Source: Chthoniobacteraceae bacterium | GTDB taxonomy: Bacteria > Verrucomicrobiota > Verrucomicrobiia > Chthoniobacterales > Chthoniobacteraceae | NCBI GenBank assembly: GCA_031409655.1 | Contig: JANNXQ010000054.1 | Location: forward strand, 1-16,988 | Length of the DNA stretch: 16,988 nt | Reading direction: 5' to 3' | Part shown: positions 1 through 7,863 of the stretch, one piece after another | Position numbering within the stretch: the first letter of the stretch is position 1 | Layout of the letters: each line of letters begins with the position of its first letter | Position numbers and translations under genes: made by a program | Notes under the pieces: generated by a model | The model's input: only the letters and a program-made list of their open reading frames with translations | Databases searched by the model: none | What the model was told of the DNA's origin: nothing

Positions 1-50
1 CCCCCGCCCCGTGTTGCTACTCGGGGCGGGGGCGCCCCTGCTCCTTGCCC
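1..50. repeat. REP-like palindromic element, family A copy 1 (left arm cut by window edge)
   Basis: CCCCCGCCCCG-TGTTGCTACT-CGGGGCGGGGG hairpin followed by CGCCCCTGCTCCTTGCCC. Near-identical to 13315-13364. Abuts the ALDH stop codon. Confidence 0.8.
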
Positions 51-1529
51 CTACTGCGCGCTTTTGAACCAGCCGAGTTTTGCGGGGGCCATGTTGATGT
101 TGATCTGTTTCGTCTCGAGGTAGGCGTCGAGGCCGAAGGTGCCGAGCTCGCGGCCAATGCCGCTCTGTTTGTAGCCGCCCCACGGAGCTTCATTGAAGGT
201 CGGGTGATACGTGTTCAGCCAGGTGATCCCGGCGCGCAGCGCTTTCAGCACGCGCAGGCCTTTGCCCTGGTCACCGGTAAAGACGCCGCCGGCGAGGCCG
301 TAGATGGTGTCATTCGCGAGGCGCACCGCTTCCTCTTCCGTTTCGAAGAGCTGCACGGAAAGCACTGGGCCGAAGATTTCCTCGCGGACGATTTTCATGT
401 CTGGCCGGGTCGCGGCGAAGATCGTCGGGGCGACGAAGTTTCCCGCCGCGAGTGCTCCGTCGAGCCGCTTCCCGCCGCACAGGAGTTCCGCGCCCTCGGC
501 CTTTCCGCTCTCGATGTAGCCGAGCACCTTCTCCAGGTGCTGCGGCGTGATCAGCGGTCCCATCTCGGTGTCGGGATGGAGGCCGTCGCCGACCACGATC
601 TTCGACGTCGCGGCGGCGAGTCGCGGGAGAAATTTGTCCGCGCACTTCTTCTCCAAAATGAGCCGCGAGCCCGCGCTGCACACTTCGCCCTGTCCGGCGA
701 AAATCGCGAACATTGCAAACTCCAGGGCCACGTCTTGATCCGCATCCGCGAAGACGATGCACGGCGATTTGCCACCGAGTTCGAGGGTCACCTTCTTGAT
801 GTTACCGGTGGCGGCCTGCATCACTTTGCGCCCCGTGACGGTGCCGCCGGTGAAGGCGACCTTATCCACGTGCAGGGATGCCGCGAGCACTTCACCGCAG
901 GCCGCGCCGGGTCCGAGCAGGAGCTGCGCGCTGCCCGGCGGGAAGCCGGCCTCGGCGATCAGCTCGAAGAGACGGATCGCGGTCAACGGCGTGACCTCGG
1001 CGGGCTTGAGGATGCAGCAGTTTCCGGCGGCGAGGCCCGGCGCGAGTTTCCACGCGGCCATGAGCAGTGGGTAATTCCACGGGATGATCTGTCCACAAAC
1101 GCCGATCGGTTCCCGCACCACCATTCCCTGAATCGTCGGGTCGCCGACTTCGTAGGTCTGGCCGAGTGGTTTGGTGATCAGCCCCGCGTAGTAGCGGAAG
1201 CAGCCCGCGGCGTCGGCCACGTCATACTTGGCCTCGCGCAGCGGCTTGCCGTTGTTGCGCGTCTCCAGGGTGGCGAGTTCGTCGGCGTGTTTTTCGATGA
1301 GGTCCGCGAGCTTGAAAAGATAGGACGCCCGCTCGGGCGCGCGCATCCGCGGCCAGGGGCCTTCGTCGAAGGCTCTGCGCGCATGGGCGATCGCGGCTTC
1401 CGCGTCGCGCGCGGTGCCGTCGGTGACGGTCGCGAGCGTTTCGTTGTTCGCGGGATTCAGGATGGCGCGCTGGCCGCCGTCCGCTGCCTGGGTCCACGCG
1501 CCGTTGAGGAACATTGGGAGGGTTTTCAT
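51..1529 (-). CDS. NAD(P)+-dependent aldehyde dehydrogenase, betaine-aldehyde dehydrogenase (GbsA/BetB)-like
   Basis: 492 aa. Motifs PWNYP, LKPAE, FTGGT, LELGGKSP (catalytic Glu), GEVCSAGSR (catalytic Cys) and EEIFGP. AGGAG RBS upstream. Substrate not determinable from sequence. Confidence 0.95.
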   Translation of the reverse strand: MKTLPMFLNGAWTQAADGGQRAILNPANNETLATVTDGTARDAEAAIAHARRAFDEGPWPRMRAPERASYLFKLADLIEKHADELATLETRNNGKPLREAKYDVADAAGCFRYYAGLITKPLGQTYEVGDPTIQGMVVREPIGVCGQIIPWNYPLLMAAWKLAPGLAAGNCCILKPAEVTPLTAIRLFELIAEAGFPPGSAQLLLGPGAACGEVLAASLHVDKVAFTGGTVTGRKVMQAATGNIKKVTLELGGKSPCIVFADADQDVALEFAMFAIFAGQGEVCSAGSRLILEKKCADKFLPRLAAATSKIVVGDGLHPDTEMGPLITPQHLEKVLGYIESGKAEGAELLCGGKRLDGALAAGNFVAPTIFAATRPDMKIVREEIFGPVLSVQLFETEEEAVRLANDTIYGLAGGVFTGDQGKGLRVLKALRAGITWLNTYHPTFNEAPWGGYKQSGIGRELGTFGLDAYLETKQININMAPAKLGWFKSAQ

Positions 1530-1536
1530 AAGTCGG

Positions 1537-1541
1537 CTCCT
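1537..1541 (-). promoter_or_regulatory. Shine-Dalgarno AGGAG for the ALDH gene
   Basis: Minus strand reads CAGGAGCCGACTTATG, with 7 nt between AGGAG and the ATG at 1529. Confidence 0.7.
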
Positions 1542-1574
1542 GACGACGCAGCGTCTCCCACGCCACGGCCAATT

Positions 1575-2225
1575 TCAACCACCCGTCGCGCGGAAGACGA
1601 AGAGGTAACTATTAAACGGCGTCCTGCCCCAGAGCGGCCGGACCTCGCAGGAAAATCCCCGCTCGCGAAAGGGCGCGCACACTTCGTCGGCGCTCGGGTA
1701 GTGGACCACCGCTGCGCTGATCCAGCGAATCAACCCGATCGACCAGTCCTCAAGCCGGGTCACGAGGAACCGCCAACTCGCATCCGCGACCGTCCCGCGG
1801 ATGATGCACTGCCCGCCTGGCGGCACGAGCGCGGCCATCCGTCCGAGCATTTCGCGCTGCTGGGTCGGAGTGAAAAAGTGCAGCACGTCGAAGATCACGA
1901 CATTGCCGCGTTGCGCGGTGTTTTCCGTCGCACTGGCAGCGTGAAAAGTGACGCCGGCGTAGTCGGCGGTTGCGCGCTGGGCCTTCGCGATTTTCTCCGC
2001 ATCGACATCGAAGCCGTGGATCGGCATCGCCCACCCACGCTCGCGCAGCCAGCAGGCGAAGAGGCCAACGCCGCAGCCCACGTCGAGCACCGGCAGCGAC
2101 GAATCTTTCAGCAACTCCAGCGCGGTTTCGTAGATCGGATCGCTGCGCAATTTTCCGCGCACGTAGCCTTGCAGCCAGCGGCCCGGGTAGCGCTGGGCGA
2201 TCCGCTCGATACGGGCGTCCTTCAC
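1575..2225 (-). CDS. Class I SAM-dependent methyltransferase (~216 aa)
   Basis: Real part of ORF 1575..3185. GTG start at 2225 overlaps the upstream TGA (GTGA). Motif I VLDVGCGVG, GFDVDAEKI and IFDVLHF. N-terminal YVRGKLRSDPIY. Confidence 0.88.
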   Translation of the reverse strand: MKDARIERIAQRYPGRWLQGYVRGKLRSDPIYETALELLKDSSLPVLDVGCGVGLFACWLRERGWAMPIHGFDVDAEKIAKAQRATADYAGVTFHAASATENTAQRGNVVIFDVLHFFTPTQQREMLGRMAALVPPGGQCIIRGTVADASWRFLVTRLEDWSIGLIRWISAAVVHYPSADEVCAPFRERGFSCEVRPLWGRTPFNSYLFVFRATGG

Positions 2226-3466
2226 CGGATCGCGAGCGCTGCGGGATCGACGCCCTGAATGCCATGTCGCGCCATGAACTTGATGAAGCCGCGGCTGGAG
2301 GTGGAACTCGTGGTGCCGCCGGAAGCCATGCAGGCGATGTGCGCTTCGACGTAGCGATGGATGGTGTGGCTGATCGCCATGTCGTACTTCCGCTTCCAGC
2401 CCAGGCCCGAGTGGTACATCGCGAACATCCGCCCGTCGTAATAGTACTCGATGAACTCCATCCACGATTGGAGATGCCGGCGCATCAGCCGATCGTAGCC
2501 AGGGAGATCGTCGAGCCGCTCGCTGAGCAATTCGCCCGAGTGCAGCGCGAGCCACAGGCCGGGCGAGAGCATCGGATCGACGAAGCCGAAGGCGTCGCCG
2601 GACATCGTCCAGCCGGGGCCGCAGCCGCGCGTGGAAACGAGCTGGTAGTTCGTGTAGGTCGCCACCTCGGTGATGCGTTTCCGGCCCGCGCCTTTGCGCC
2701 GCAGCACGGGATCGCGCTCGATCGCCGCCTCGAGCCGCTCCTCTGAGGTCGCGCCGAGTTTGGCCGCATCGTCTCTGTGCATGACCACGCCACACGACAG
2801 GCAATCGCGCAGCGGAATGCACCAGTTCCAGCCGGCTTCGAGGCGCTTGATCGCCACCTGCCCGCGCGGTTCTTCCTGCTCCCAGCCTTCGTAGTGGGCG
2901 AAATAGGCGACGTCTTTCCGCGGGCCGGTGGTGGAGGGAATCTCGAGCAAGCGGGCGAAAAGCCGGACGCGTCCGGTGGCATCGACGAGCAGGTCGGGGT
3001 GGCGTCCGGACAGCCAGGGCGCTTGCTCCAGCGTCTCCGGCGCGAGTCGGAGGCCGTCCTGGCCCACGCGCTCGATCTTTGCGCGGCCGGGCACGCGGTG
3101 CGCGCCGAGTTCCGTGGCCCGGGTTTCCAGCAGGCGATCGAAAGCCGGACGCGGCACATTGTAGGCGTAGGTCGGCAGGCCGCACTTGGTCACCGCCTGG
3201 AAACAGAAATTGATCTCTTCCGCCTCGCCGAAAACGAAGGACACGCCGGGTTTGTGCAATCCGATTTCCGCGACGCGTTCTTCGATCCCGAGTCGGCGCA
3301 GTACTGGGACGACGGCCGGGATGAGCGATTCGCCGACCACGAGATCGGGACGCTTTCCATCGTCGAAGATCGTCACATTCATCGCCCGCATCGCGAGCAG
3401 CGAGGCGAGGGTCGCGCCCGCAGGTCCGCCGCCAATGATGGCTACTGATGCGATTTTTTTGCTCAT
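2222..3466 (-). CDS. Flavin-dependent halogenase-like FAD oxidoreductase 1 (tryptophan-halogenase/PltA-type family)
   Basis: 414 aa. GGGPAG FAD motif, GESLIP, Lys72 in LHKPG (position of the catalytic Lys), VPRPAFD, WNWCIP (WxWxIP) and GDAFGFVDPMLSPG (FxxPxxSxG). ATGA overlap with the upstream ligase. Confidence 0.88.
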   Translation of the reverse strand: MSKKIASVAIIGGGPAGATLASLLAMRAMNVTIFDDGKRPDLVVGESLIPAVVPVLRRLGIEERVAEIGLHKPGVSFVFGEAEEINFCFQAVTKCGLPTYAYNVPRPAFDRLLETRATELGAHRVPGRAKIERVGQDGLRLAPETLEQAPWLSGRHPDLLVDATGRVRLFARLLEIPSTTGPRKDVAYFAHYEGWEQEEPRGQVAIKRLEAGWNWCIPLRDCLSCGVVMHRDDAAKLGATSEERLEAAIERDPVLRRKGAGRKRITEVATYTNYQLVSTRGCGPGWTMSGDAFGFVDPMLSPGLWLALHSGELLSERLDDLPGYDRLMRRHLQSWMEFIEYYYDGRMFAMYHSGLGWKRKYDMAISHTIHRYVEAHIACMASGGTTSSTSSRGFIKFMARHGIQGVDPAALAIR

Positions 3467-4797
3467 CTTTTGATCTTCCCGCTCGCGGTCAGTGACAGGC
3501 TCTCCACGAAGCGAAATTCGACCGGGATTTTATAGCGGGCGAGTTGCGTGCGGCAATGTGAGATCAGCGCGGAAACCTTTGGTGGCGCGGCTGGATCGGT
3601 GGGCACGATCTCCGCGAGCGGCACCGCGCCGACTTTCGGATGCGGCCGGCCGGACACGCGCACCTGGCGCACGCCGGGGACTTCCGCGAGCACGGTTTCG
3701 ATCTCCTCGGGGAAACATTTGAGACCGGCCACATTGATCACCGAGGAGGCGCGGCCTTGCAGGAAAAAGTCGCCGTCTGCATCGACGCGCGCGAGGTCAC
3801 CGGTGCGAAACCAGCCGTCTTCCAGCACCTCCGCACGCGCGCGCCACGGATGCAGATAGGCGTCGAACATTCCCGGACCGCGGAGCAGGAGAGCGCCGTC
3901 GGCGTCGAGCCGCGCTTCGTAGTCTGGCAGCGGCGCGCCAACGGCGCCGGGCTTCTCGTGCGCCGCGCGGAGATTGAGCAGCGGCAGGCCGACCTCGATG
4001 ACACCGAGCCCCTGAGTGAGCGGTAATCCGTAGCGCGCGAGGAAGGCTTCCGCGGTCGTCAGGGGCAGTGCGGCTGCCGTCGAGACCGCGAGCCGCAGCG
4101 CAGGCCACGCGCGTCCGGAGGCTTCGCCCGCGAGCAGGGCATGGTGAAAAGGCGCGCCATAGAGCACCGTGCCGCCATGGCCGAGCGCGGCGCCGAGCAC
4201 GTCTTCCGCGAGGTGCGAGTTCTCGATGATCGTCGTCGCTCCGTGGAGCAGGTAGAGCATGATCGAGACGGCGAAATGATGGGCCATCGGGAGGATCCAG
4301 ACGACGCGATCCGCCGGGCCGATACCGAGCCCGCGATTCGCGGCGGTCACGCGCGCGAGCAGACTTTCGTGGGAAAGGACGATGCCTTTGCTCGTGCCGG
4401 TAGTGCCGGAGCTGAAGCGGATGAAGGCGGGATTGAGCGCGGCGAGCGGCGCTTCGTGCGCGAGTGGGGCGGCGACCATCTCCCGCACTGCACCGCTCTC
4501 CGCGACGATCGCGCCCACGCCCGTCTCGCGGAGCACGCGCTCGCGCTCCGGTGGGGCGAGTTCGCCGGCGATCGGCACGAGGCATTTCCCCGCGCGCACG
4601 ATGGCCAGCGCGAGGACCACGTGCGCGACCCCGTTTGGGCAATCGAGCGCAACGCGGGCGGCCGGGCTGGCGGCGATCCGCGCTGCCGCCGCCTCGGTGC
4701 GGGCGATCAGGTCGCCATAGGTGATGCTTTCACTCCCGCAGATCAGAGCCACAGCCGTGCGGTCGGCCTTTTGAAAAATGAGTTCGACGATGTTCAC
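3463..4797 (-). CDS. Adenylate-forming enzyme (acyl-CoA/acyl-ACP ligase family)
   Basis: 444 aa, GTG start. P-loop FSSGTTGTSKG, GLGVIE (YGxTE variant), FRTGDL, GR...VINVAGLKCFPEEIE and terminal TASGKIKR lysine. Confidence 0.93.
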   Translation of the reverse strand: MNIVELIFQKADRTAVALICGSESITYGDLIARTEAAAARIAASPAARVALDCPNGVAHVVLALAIVRAGKCLVPIAGELAPPERERVLRETGVGAIVAESGAVREMVAAPLAHEAPLAALNPAFIRFSSGTTGTSKGIVLSHESLLARVTAANRGLGIGPADRVVWILPMAHHFAVSIMLYLLHGATTIIENSHLAEDVLGAALGHGGTVLYGAPFHHALLAGEASGRAWPALRLAVSTAAALPLTTAEAFLARYGLPLTQGLGVIEVGLPLLNLRAAHEKPGAVGAPLPDYEARLDADGALLLRGPGMFDAYLHPWRARAEVLEDGWFRTGDLARVDADGDFFLQGRASSVINVAGLKCFPEEIETVLAEVPGVRQVRVSGRPHPKVGAVPLAEIVPTDPAAPPKVSALISHCRTQLARYKIPVEFRFVESLSLTASGKIKR

Positions 4798-4823
4798 GAC
4801 GAACTTTCAGGAACGCGGCGTTT

Positions 4824-4919
4824 GGGAGCAGTGCAGGCATCCTGCCTGTCATCTCGATGTTCGGCGAAGCGCAGGCTGGAAGCCTGCGGCACTCCCACAG
4901 GCAGGATGCCTGCGCTCCT
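4824..4919. repeat. REP/REPIN-like cluster, family B, three units
   Basis: GCAGGCATCCTGCCTGT (4833-4849) is a perfect inverted repeat of ACAGGCAGGATGCCTGC (4897-4913). A third unit GCAGGCTGGAAGCCTGC lies at 4871-4887. Flanked by GGAGC...GCTCC. Confidence 0.85.
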
Positions 4920-4930
4920 CCATGGCGGCG

Positions 4931-6166
4931 CTACGGGCGGTGCGCTTCGCATAGCGAGGTCGTTCCTTGCGCGGCAAGAGCGGCGGCGAATCCCGCGGCC
5001 TCACCGGTGGCGAGGCAAGTGCCGATCACGCGGAGCGACGCCTGCGCTTCGTGACTGGATGAGATGCAGCGTCCGGCCATGAAGCAGTGCGGATGATCGC
5101 GGAAGCGCAGCGCGCGCAGGGGGATTTCGCAGGGCCGGTCGTCGATCGGGTAGCGCAGGCGCGGGCCGCGATTGGTCTCGCGGAGTTCCATCGGCCAGGT
5201 GGCGACGGCGACGGCGTCGGCGAAAGTTGCGCCGTGTTCGAGGTCGTGCGTTTCGAGCCGGTACTCGCCGATGATGCGGCGGCTTTCCCGGATGCCGATG
5301 CGGGCCGGGAATTCGGAAATCGTGCAGTGCTCGAAGCCTTCGACGTTCGCGCGGAGGAAGGCGACGATGGTCTCCGCGAGGGAGCGGCTTTCGCGCTCGA
5401 GGGTGGCGATGCAGGCCGGGTCGGTCGGCGCGTAGGACGGTCCGCCGCAGAGGTCGATGGTGACGAAAATTCCGCCGAGCGGACCATTCGCGCGCAGGGC
5501 GGTGCCGAGCGCGCTGGCTGGGAGGAACCCAGCCTGCACGGCGGAGACGATGCGGCGGGCGAGGCGAAAGCGGGAGTCTTCGTCGGCGACTTCGGGGGCG
5601 ACGCTACCGAGGCCGAAGATGTAGGCGGGGCGTTGCAGGCGGGCCGATGCTTCCTGCTCGCAGGCTGCGCCCAGGTGTGCGGCCAGGACGGCGTCGCCGG
5701 TGGTATCGATCATGGAAGTGGCGCTGACGCGCAGCGGGGATGCCGCGCGGGACGACGGCGCTCCCAGGAGGAGGCCTTGGGTGTCTGCGGCGGTGACTTC
5801 GGTTTGCAGGCGGACTTCGAGGCCGGGTGTCTCGGCGACGAGCTGGGCGGCGGTACGGGCGAAGGCGGCAGGCTGCGTGAGGAGCACCCACACCTGGCCC
5901 ATGCGCACCGGGCCGTGCGCGCCGCCACCCTGCAACATGCGCTCGGCGAATTCCTGGGCAAAGCCGGCGTTCGCGAAGACCGGCGGGCCTGCATCCGCGA
6001 GGCGGTAGAGCCCGCAGATCGAATGCACGAGGGCGAGTGGTGCCTGGCCGCCGAGCACGTCGCTGCGCTCCACGAGCAGCGTCCGCGCGCCGCGGCGCGC
6101 GGCACTCACGGCGGCGGCCAGTCCGGCGCTCCCGCCGCCGGCGACGATCACGTCATACTTTTCCAT
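4931..6166 (-). CDS. FAD-dependent oxidoreductase (FAD_oxidored/PF12831-like), function unknown
   Basis: 411 aa. Motifs GGGSAGLAAAVSAAR...LVERSDVLGG, IDTTGDA, GIRESRRIIGEY, IPLRAL, AGRCIS and RVIGTCLATGEAAG. Confidence 0.9.
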   Translation of the reverse strand: MEKYDVIVAGGGSAGLAAAVSAARRGARTLLVERSDVLGGQAPLALVHSICGLYRLADAGPPVFANAGFAQEFAERMLQGGGAHGPVRMGQVWVLLTQPAAFARTAAQLVAETPGLEVRLQTEVTAADTQGLLLGAPSSRAASPLRVSATSMIDTTGDAVLAAHLGAACEQEASARLQRPAYIFGLGSVAPEVADEDSRFRLARRIVSAVQAGFLPASALGTALRANGPLGGIFVTIDLCGGPSYAPTDPACIATLERESRSLAETIVAFLRANVEGFEHCTISEFPARIGIRESRRIIGEYRLETHDLEHGATFADAVAVATWPMELRETNRGPRLRYPIDDRPCEIPLRALRFRDHPHCFMAGRCISSSHEAQASLRVIGTCLATGEAAGFAAALAAQGTTSLCEAHRP

Positions 6167-7508
6167 CGACCAGATCAGGACGCGCTTCGCCAGTGAGATC
6201 CTCGAGAGTCTGGCCGACGAGCACGCGTCGTTCGTCGTCGCTCAGACAGCCGTCGCGCCAGGAGAAGGTGACGTTCAGGCGCCCGCCATGTTCGCAGAAA
6301 AAGATGCCGCTGCCGGGCGGCGAACTCACGCAGGGGAGATGGTAGGCATTCAAGATCCGCGCACCATCCAGCTCGACGATCTCCGGCGCAAACGCTCCGG
6401 TGTGCGATTGAAAAAAGGAGCAGATCTCGCCGCGGAACTGGTGGCGCACGACGAACATGAATAGCCACGACGGCGCACGCATCATCAGCTCGAGCACGCA
6501 GGTGAAAGACTCGTCGAGCCGCGCCCGCGACATCTCGGCGAATTGTTGTTTCATCGCCGTCGCCGCGGATTCGATGCTCGCGAGATCTTCGCGCGGGCCG
6601 CCGAAGAAGAGCACGCTCACATGATTGTGAAAGAGTGGGCCGCGCGCGCCGCGTTTGCGCGTCTGCACTGGCACCGTGGTCACGAACCCGGCGGGCGCGG
6701 TCCCGCGCTGATCGAGGACGCGGTCGTGGGAACGCGCGGCGCAGGCCACGTAGAAGGCGAGGGGAAAGAGCGCGCCGGTCGTCTGCTCGACCCGTGCGCG
6801 CACTTTCTCCGAAGCGGCAGCGTCGAGCGTCACGACCTGATAGCGGCAGCGGCCGGGCCGGGGCTTTGGTCCGCCTACCGAGCGGATACGGCGCTTCGCC
6901 AGACCTTCGAGGTGATTGATCGCCGGTTTCGTCTTGCGCACCTTTTCCTGCCAGGTCGTCTCGGGCCGGCGGTGCTCCTTCGCCTCGCACGGTCCATCGA
7001 TGCCGGCACAAAGCCGGGCGAGTTCGGCGAGCAGGAGTTCCGCGCCTTTGCCATCGATCACGAGATGCGACCACGCGAGTGCCACGAGGCAGGTGCCGTC
7101 GCGGCGCTCGGCTAGATCGAGCCGCGCTTGCCAGCCATCGGCAAGCGGCTGGTCGAGGATTTCTGCGAGCTGGGCGGTGGCGTCAGCGACCTCCTGCGCG
7201 TCGTCGCCGAGGGCACCGGGTGCGCCCTTTTCCCGCCAAAGTCCGAACGGCAGCGAGGCCCCGGGCTTGGGCGCGGAGACTTCCCAATACGGCAGCCACG
7301 TCTTCCAATCGCGATGCAGTGTGCCGTGGAAGAGGGGATGCTTTTCCGCCATGCGCGCCACCGCTGAGCGAATCTTCGCGAGACCGGGCGCGCGTTCCAG
7401 CACGAGCACCGAGGCGGTGAGGTGCGCGCCTTGCCCGTGGCGGCGCATGAATGCAGTCATCGCGAGGAGGAAACAATCCGCCACCCGAACTGCCACCCTC
7501 TCGGTCAT
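6153..7508 (-). CDS. Stand-alone condensation-domain / PapA5-like CoA- or ACP-dependent acyltransferase
   Basis: About 451 aa (ATG 7508 or TTG 7511). SHLVIDG matches the HxxxDG catalytic motif. HPLFHG in the N-lobe, PVQTR and HNHVS in the C-lobe. Starts 4 nt after the ACP stop and overlaps the next gene by 14 nt. Confidence 0.78.
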   Translation of the reverse strand: MTERVAVRVADCFLLAMTAFMRRHGQGAHLTASVLVLERAPGLAKIRSAVARMAEKHPLFHGTLHRDWKTWLPYWEVSAPKPGASLPFGLWREKGAPGALGDDAQEVADATAQLAEILDQPLADGWQARLDLAERRDGTCLVALAWSHLVIDGKGAELLLAELARLCAGIDGPCEAKEHRRPETTWQEKVRKTKPAINHLEGLAKRRIRSVGGPKPRPGRCRYQVVTLDAAASEKVRARVEQTTGALFPLAFYVACAARSHDRVLDQRGTAPAGFVTTVPVQTRKRGARGPLFHNHVSVLFFGGPREDLASIESAATAMKQQFAEMSRARLDESFTCVLELMMRAPSWLFMFVVRHQFRGEICSFFQSHTGAFAPEIVELDGARILNAYHLPCVSSPPGSGIFFCEHGGRLNVTFSWRDGCLSDDERRVLVGQTLEDLTGEARPDLVDGKV

Positions 7509-7512
7509 CAAA

Positions 7513-7785
7513 TTACGCAGCCTGCTCGGCGCGCTCGCCCAGGAGGCCGGCCAGTTGCCGCACGCTGCAGAAATTTCTCCGGGTCAGCGCACTCTCGGGA
7601 ATCGAGACGCCGTACTCCTCCTCCACGAGCACGAGCAACTGCATGATCGCCATGGAATCGAGGCCGTTTTCGTAGAGGTCGCTATCCGCGCCGAAGCCAG
7701 GCCGGGTTTCGAGAAGCCGCTCGGAAATGAGCGTCACGAGTTGCTGTTCGAGGGTATCGCGGGTGGGGATCGGTTGGCTGGCCAT
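7513..7785 (-). CDS. Acyl carrier protein (~90 aa)
   Basis: DLYENGLDSMAIMQLLVLVEEEYGVSIP carries the phosphopantetheine-attachment Ser motif. Acidic. ATG at 7785 preferred over the ORF-track start at 7842. Confidence 0.92.
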   Translation of the reverse strand: MASQPIPTRDTLEQQLVTLISERLLETRPGFGADSDLYENGLDSMAIMQLLVLVEEEYGVSIPESALTRRNFCSVRQLAGLLGERAEQAA

Positions 7786-7798
7786 CGGTGCAGGTGGT

Positions 7799-7827
7799 CG
7801 TTTAATGAAGAGGCTCGCGGGAGTCAA
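7799..7827 (-). promoter_or_regulatory. Candidate internal sigma70-type promoter upstream of the ACP gene
   Basis: Minus strand TTGACT-17 nt-TAAACG in the 78-nt gap. The -10 is imperfect. Confidence 0.4.
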
Positions 7828-7863
7828 GTTGTGGACGGGCAAAGTGGGCTGCCGGAAGCCGCG

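Noticed and set aside
45..2258. 737-aa plus-strand ORF
   Set aside because: Antisense shadow of the ALDH and methyltransferase genes. It has no recognisable motifs, and long antisense frames are expected in high-GC coding DNA.
2226..3185. N-terminal 320 aa of ORF 1575..3185, suggesting a halogenase-methyltransferase frameshift fusion or overlapping gene
   Set aside because: Arg/Pro/Ala-rich off-frame translation of halogenase 1. A clean GTGA stop/start overlap at 2222-2225 explains the arrangement, and no slippery site is evident.
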